Part shown: positions 63,202 through 64,000 of the stretch, one piece after another | Position numbering within the stretch: the stretch's first letter is position 1 | How the letters are laid out: each line of letters starts with the position of its first letter | Assembly: GCA_041170435.1 (NCBI GenBank) | Contig: JBEAYU010000045.1 | Span: 7,975 to 71,974, forward strand | Direction of reading: 5' to 3' | DNA length: 64,000 nucleotides | Origin: Bacteroidota bacterium | GTDB taxonomy: Bacteria; Bacteroidota; Ignavibacteria; Kapaibacteriales; Kapaibacteriaceae | Position numbers and translations under genes: made by a program | The notes under the pieces: model-generated | Databases searched by the model: none | Seen by the model: only the letters and a program-made list of their open reading frames with translations | What the model was told of the DNA's origin: nothing

Positions 63202-64000
63202 ATGTTAACGCTAACACTGAAGCCGCGTGAGGAGAGACGCCTTCGCGACGGTCACCTGTGGGCCTATCGTGATGAGCTGGTGCATGCGCCCGATGCTGTG
63301 CCTGGCGAGCTCGTGCGCCTTGTGGCCCATGACGGATCGTCGCTCGGATCTGGCCTGTACAATCCGCTTTCGAAGATTGCCGTGCGCCTGTTAGGGGGCG
63401 AGGTAGAGACACTTGACACGCATTTTTTCGTTCGTCGTTTCCAGACGTCCCTGCAGCTACGACGTCGGATGCTCCCGAACGAAGAGTCCTATCGTCTCGT
63501 CTTCGGCGAGGCGGATTTGCTCAGCGGGCTGATCGTTGATGTATACGGACAGTACGCAGCGCTGCAAATGCTCTCAGCAGGGATGGATCGTGCCAAGCCC
63601 CGTGTCATCGAAGCGCTCCTGCAGGTGTTGCCAGATCTCAAGGGTATCATTGAGAAGAACACAGCCCAGACCCGCAAGAAGGAGGGTCTCGAACTTGTCG
63701 ATGCCGTCGTCTGGGGTGAGATTCCTGAGCGGGTGCATGTTCGAGAGAACGGTCTTGCCTTGGAGATCGATCTTCTTGGCGGCCAGAAGACAGGTTACTT
63801 TCTTGATCAAAAGATCAACCGCCGCGTGGTGGGGTCACTCTCGGCCGGCCGTAGCGTCTTGGATTGCTTTTGCAATGTCGGCGGCTTTGCTCTCAACGCC
63901 GCTGCCGGGGGAGCTCGACTGGCGCTTGGGGTTGATTCTTCGGTGACGGCCATCGAGGGGGCTCGACGGCATGCCGAGATCAATGGCCTCGAGAACTGCA
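63202..64000 (+). CDS. rlmI: Class I SAM-dependent rRNA methyltransferase (RlmI-like, PUA plus MTase); 3' end outside the window
   Basis: Not in the ORF track because it has no stop in the window. I translated frame 1 from the ATG at 63202: MLTLTLKPREERRLRDGHLWAYRDE...GQKTGYFLDQ...VLDCFCNVGGFAL. Confidence 0.85.
   Translation, partial: MLTLTLKPREERRLRDGHLWAYRDELVHAPDAVPGELVRLVAHDGSSLGSGLYNPLSKIAVRLLGGEVETLDTHFFVRRFQTSLQLRRRMLPNEESYRLVFGEADLLSGLIVDVYGQYAALQMLSAGMDRAKPRVIEALLQVLPDLKGIIEKNTAQTRKKEGLELVDAVVWGEIPERVHVRENGLALEIDLLGGQKTGYFLDQKINRRVVGSLSAGRSVLDCFCNVGGFALNAAAGGARLALGVDSSVTAIEGARRHAEINGLENC

Overview
A 64 kb chromosomal segment from a moderately GC-rich bacterium. A C-terminal T9SS sorting domain, sigma-54, and DUF3108/DUF4286/DUF3109-type genes suggest the Bacteroidota/Ignavibacteriota/Rhodothermota (FCB) group; this is inference. 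I support about 62 CDSs, one tRNA (CAU anticodon), no rRNA and no CRISPR.

Most content is housekeeping:
- thrS, a porin-pstSCAB-phoU operon, pfkA, nadK, nadC and adenine deaminase
- rpoN, copA-msrA, gcvT, cdsA, nhaA and rfbA
- an M1 peptidase, two P-type ATPases and two rhodanese-like proteins

Accessory content:
- two type II toxin-antitoxin pairs (Phd-VapC, Phd-ParE/RelE)
- a visibly lower-GC type II restriction-modification pair inserted into an ArsS-type radical-SAM / AhpD-like / DUF2064 transferase neighbourhood
- an IS200/RAYT-like gene whose catalytic Tyr position reads Phe
- a lower-GC island of about 7.5 kb (about 3.8-11.3 kb) holding a propeller-type histidine kinase, a LuxR-type regulator and four orphan secreted or membrane genes, one with six 18-residue repeats

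The most unusual signals are at DNA level:
1. The heptamer AGGGGGC/GCCCCCT occurs about 53 times, in all codon phases and both orientations. It is nearly absent from the island.
2. A family of GTKACRR heptamer arrays sits exactly at gene boundaries. Two inverted arrays bracket a four-helix-bundle (23S-IVS/Avd family) gene.
3. Three dense clusters of REP-like hairpin elements have conserved flanks and compensatory stem changes. They include a six-unit 31-bp tandem array, a 59-bp perfect direct repeat on both sides of the island, and one copy inserted in frame in an oxidoreductase gene.

All counts and alignments were done by eye and need computational confirmation.
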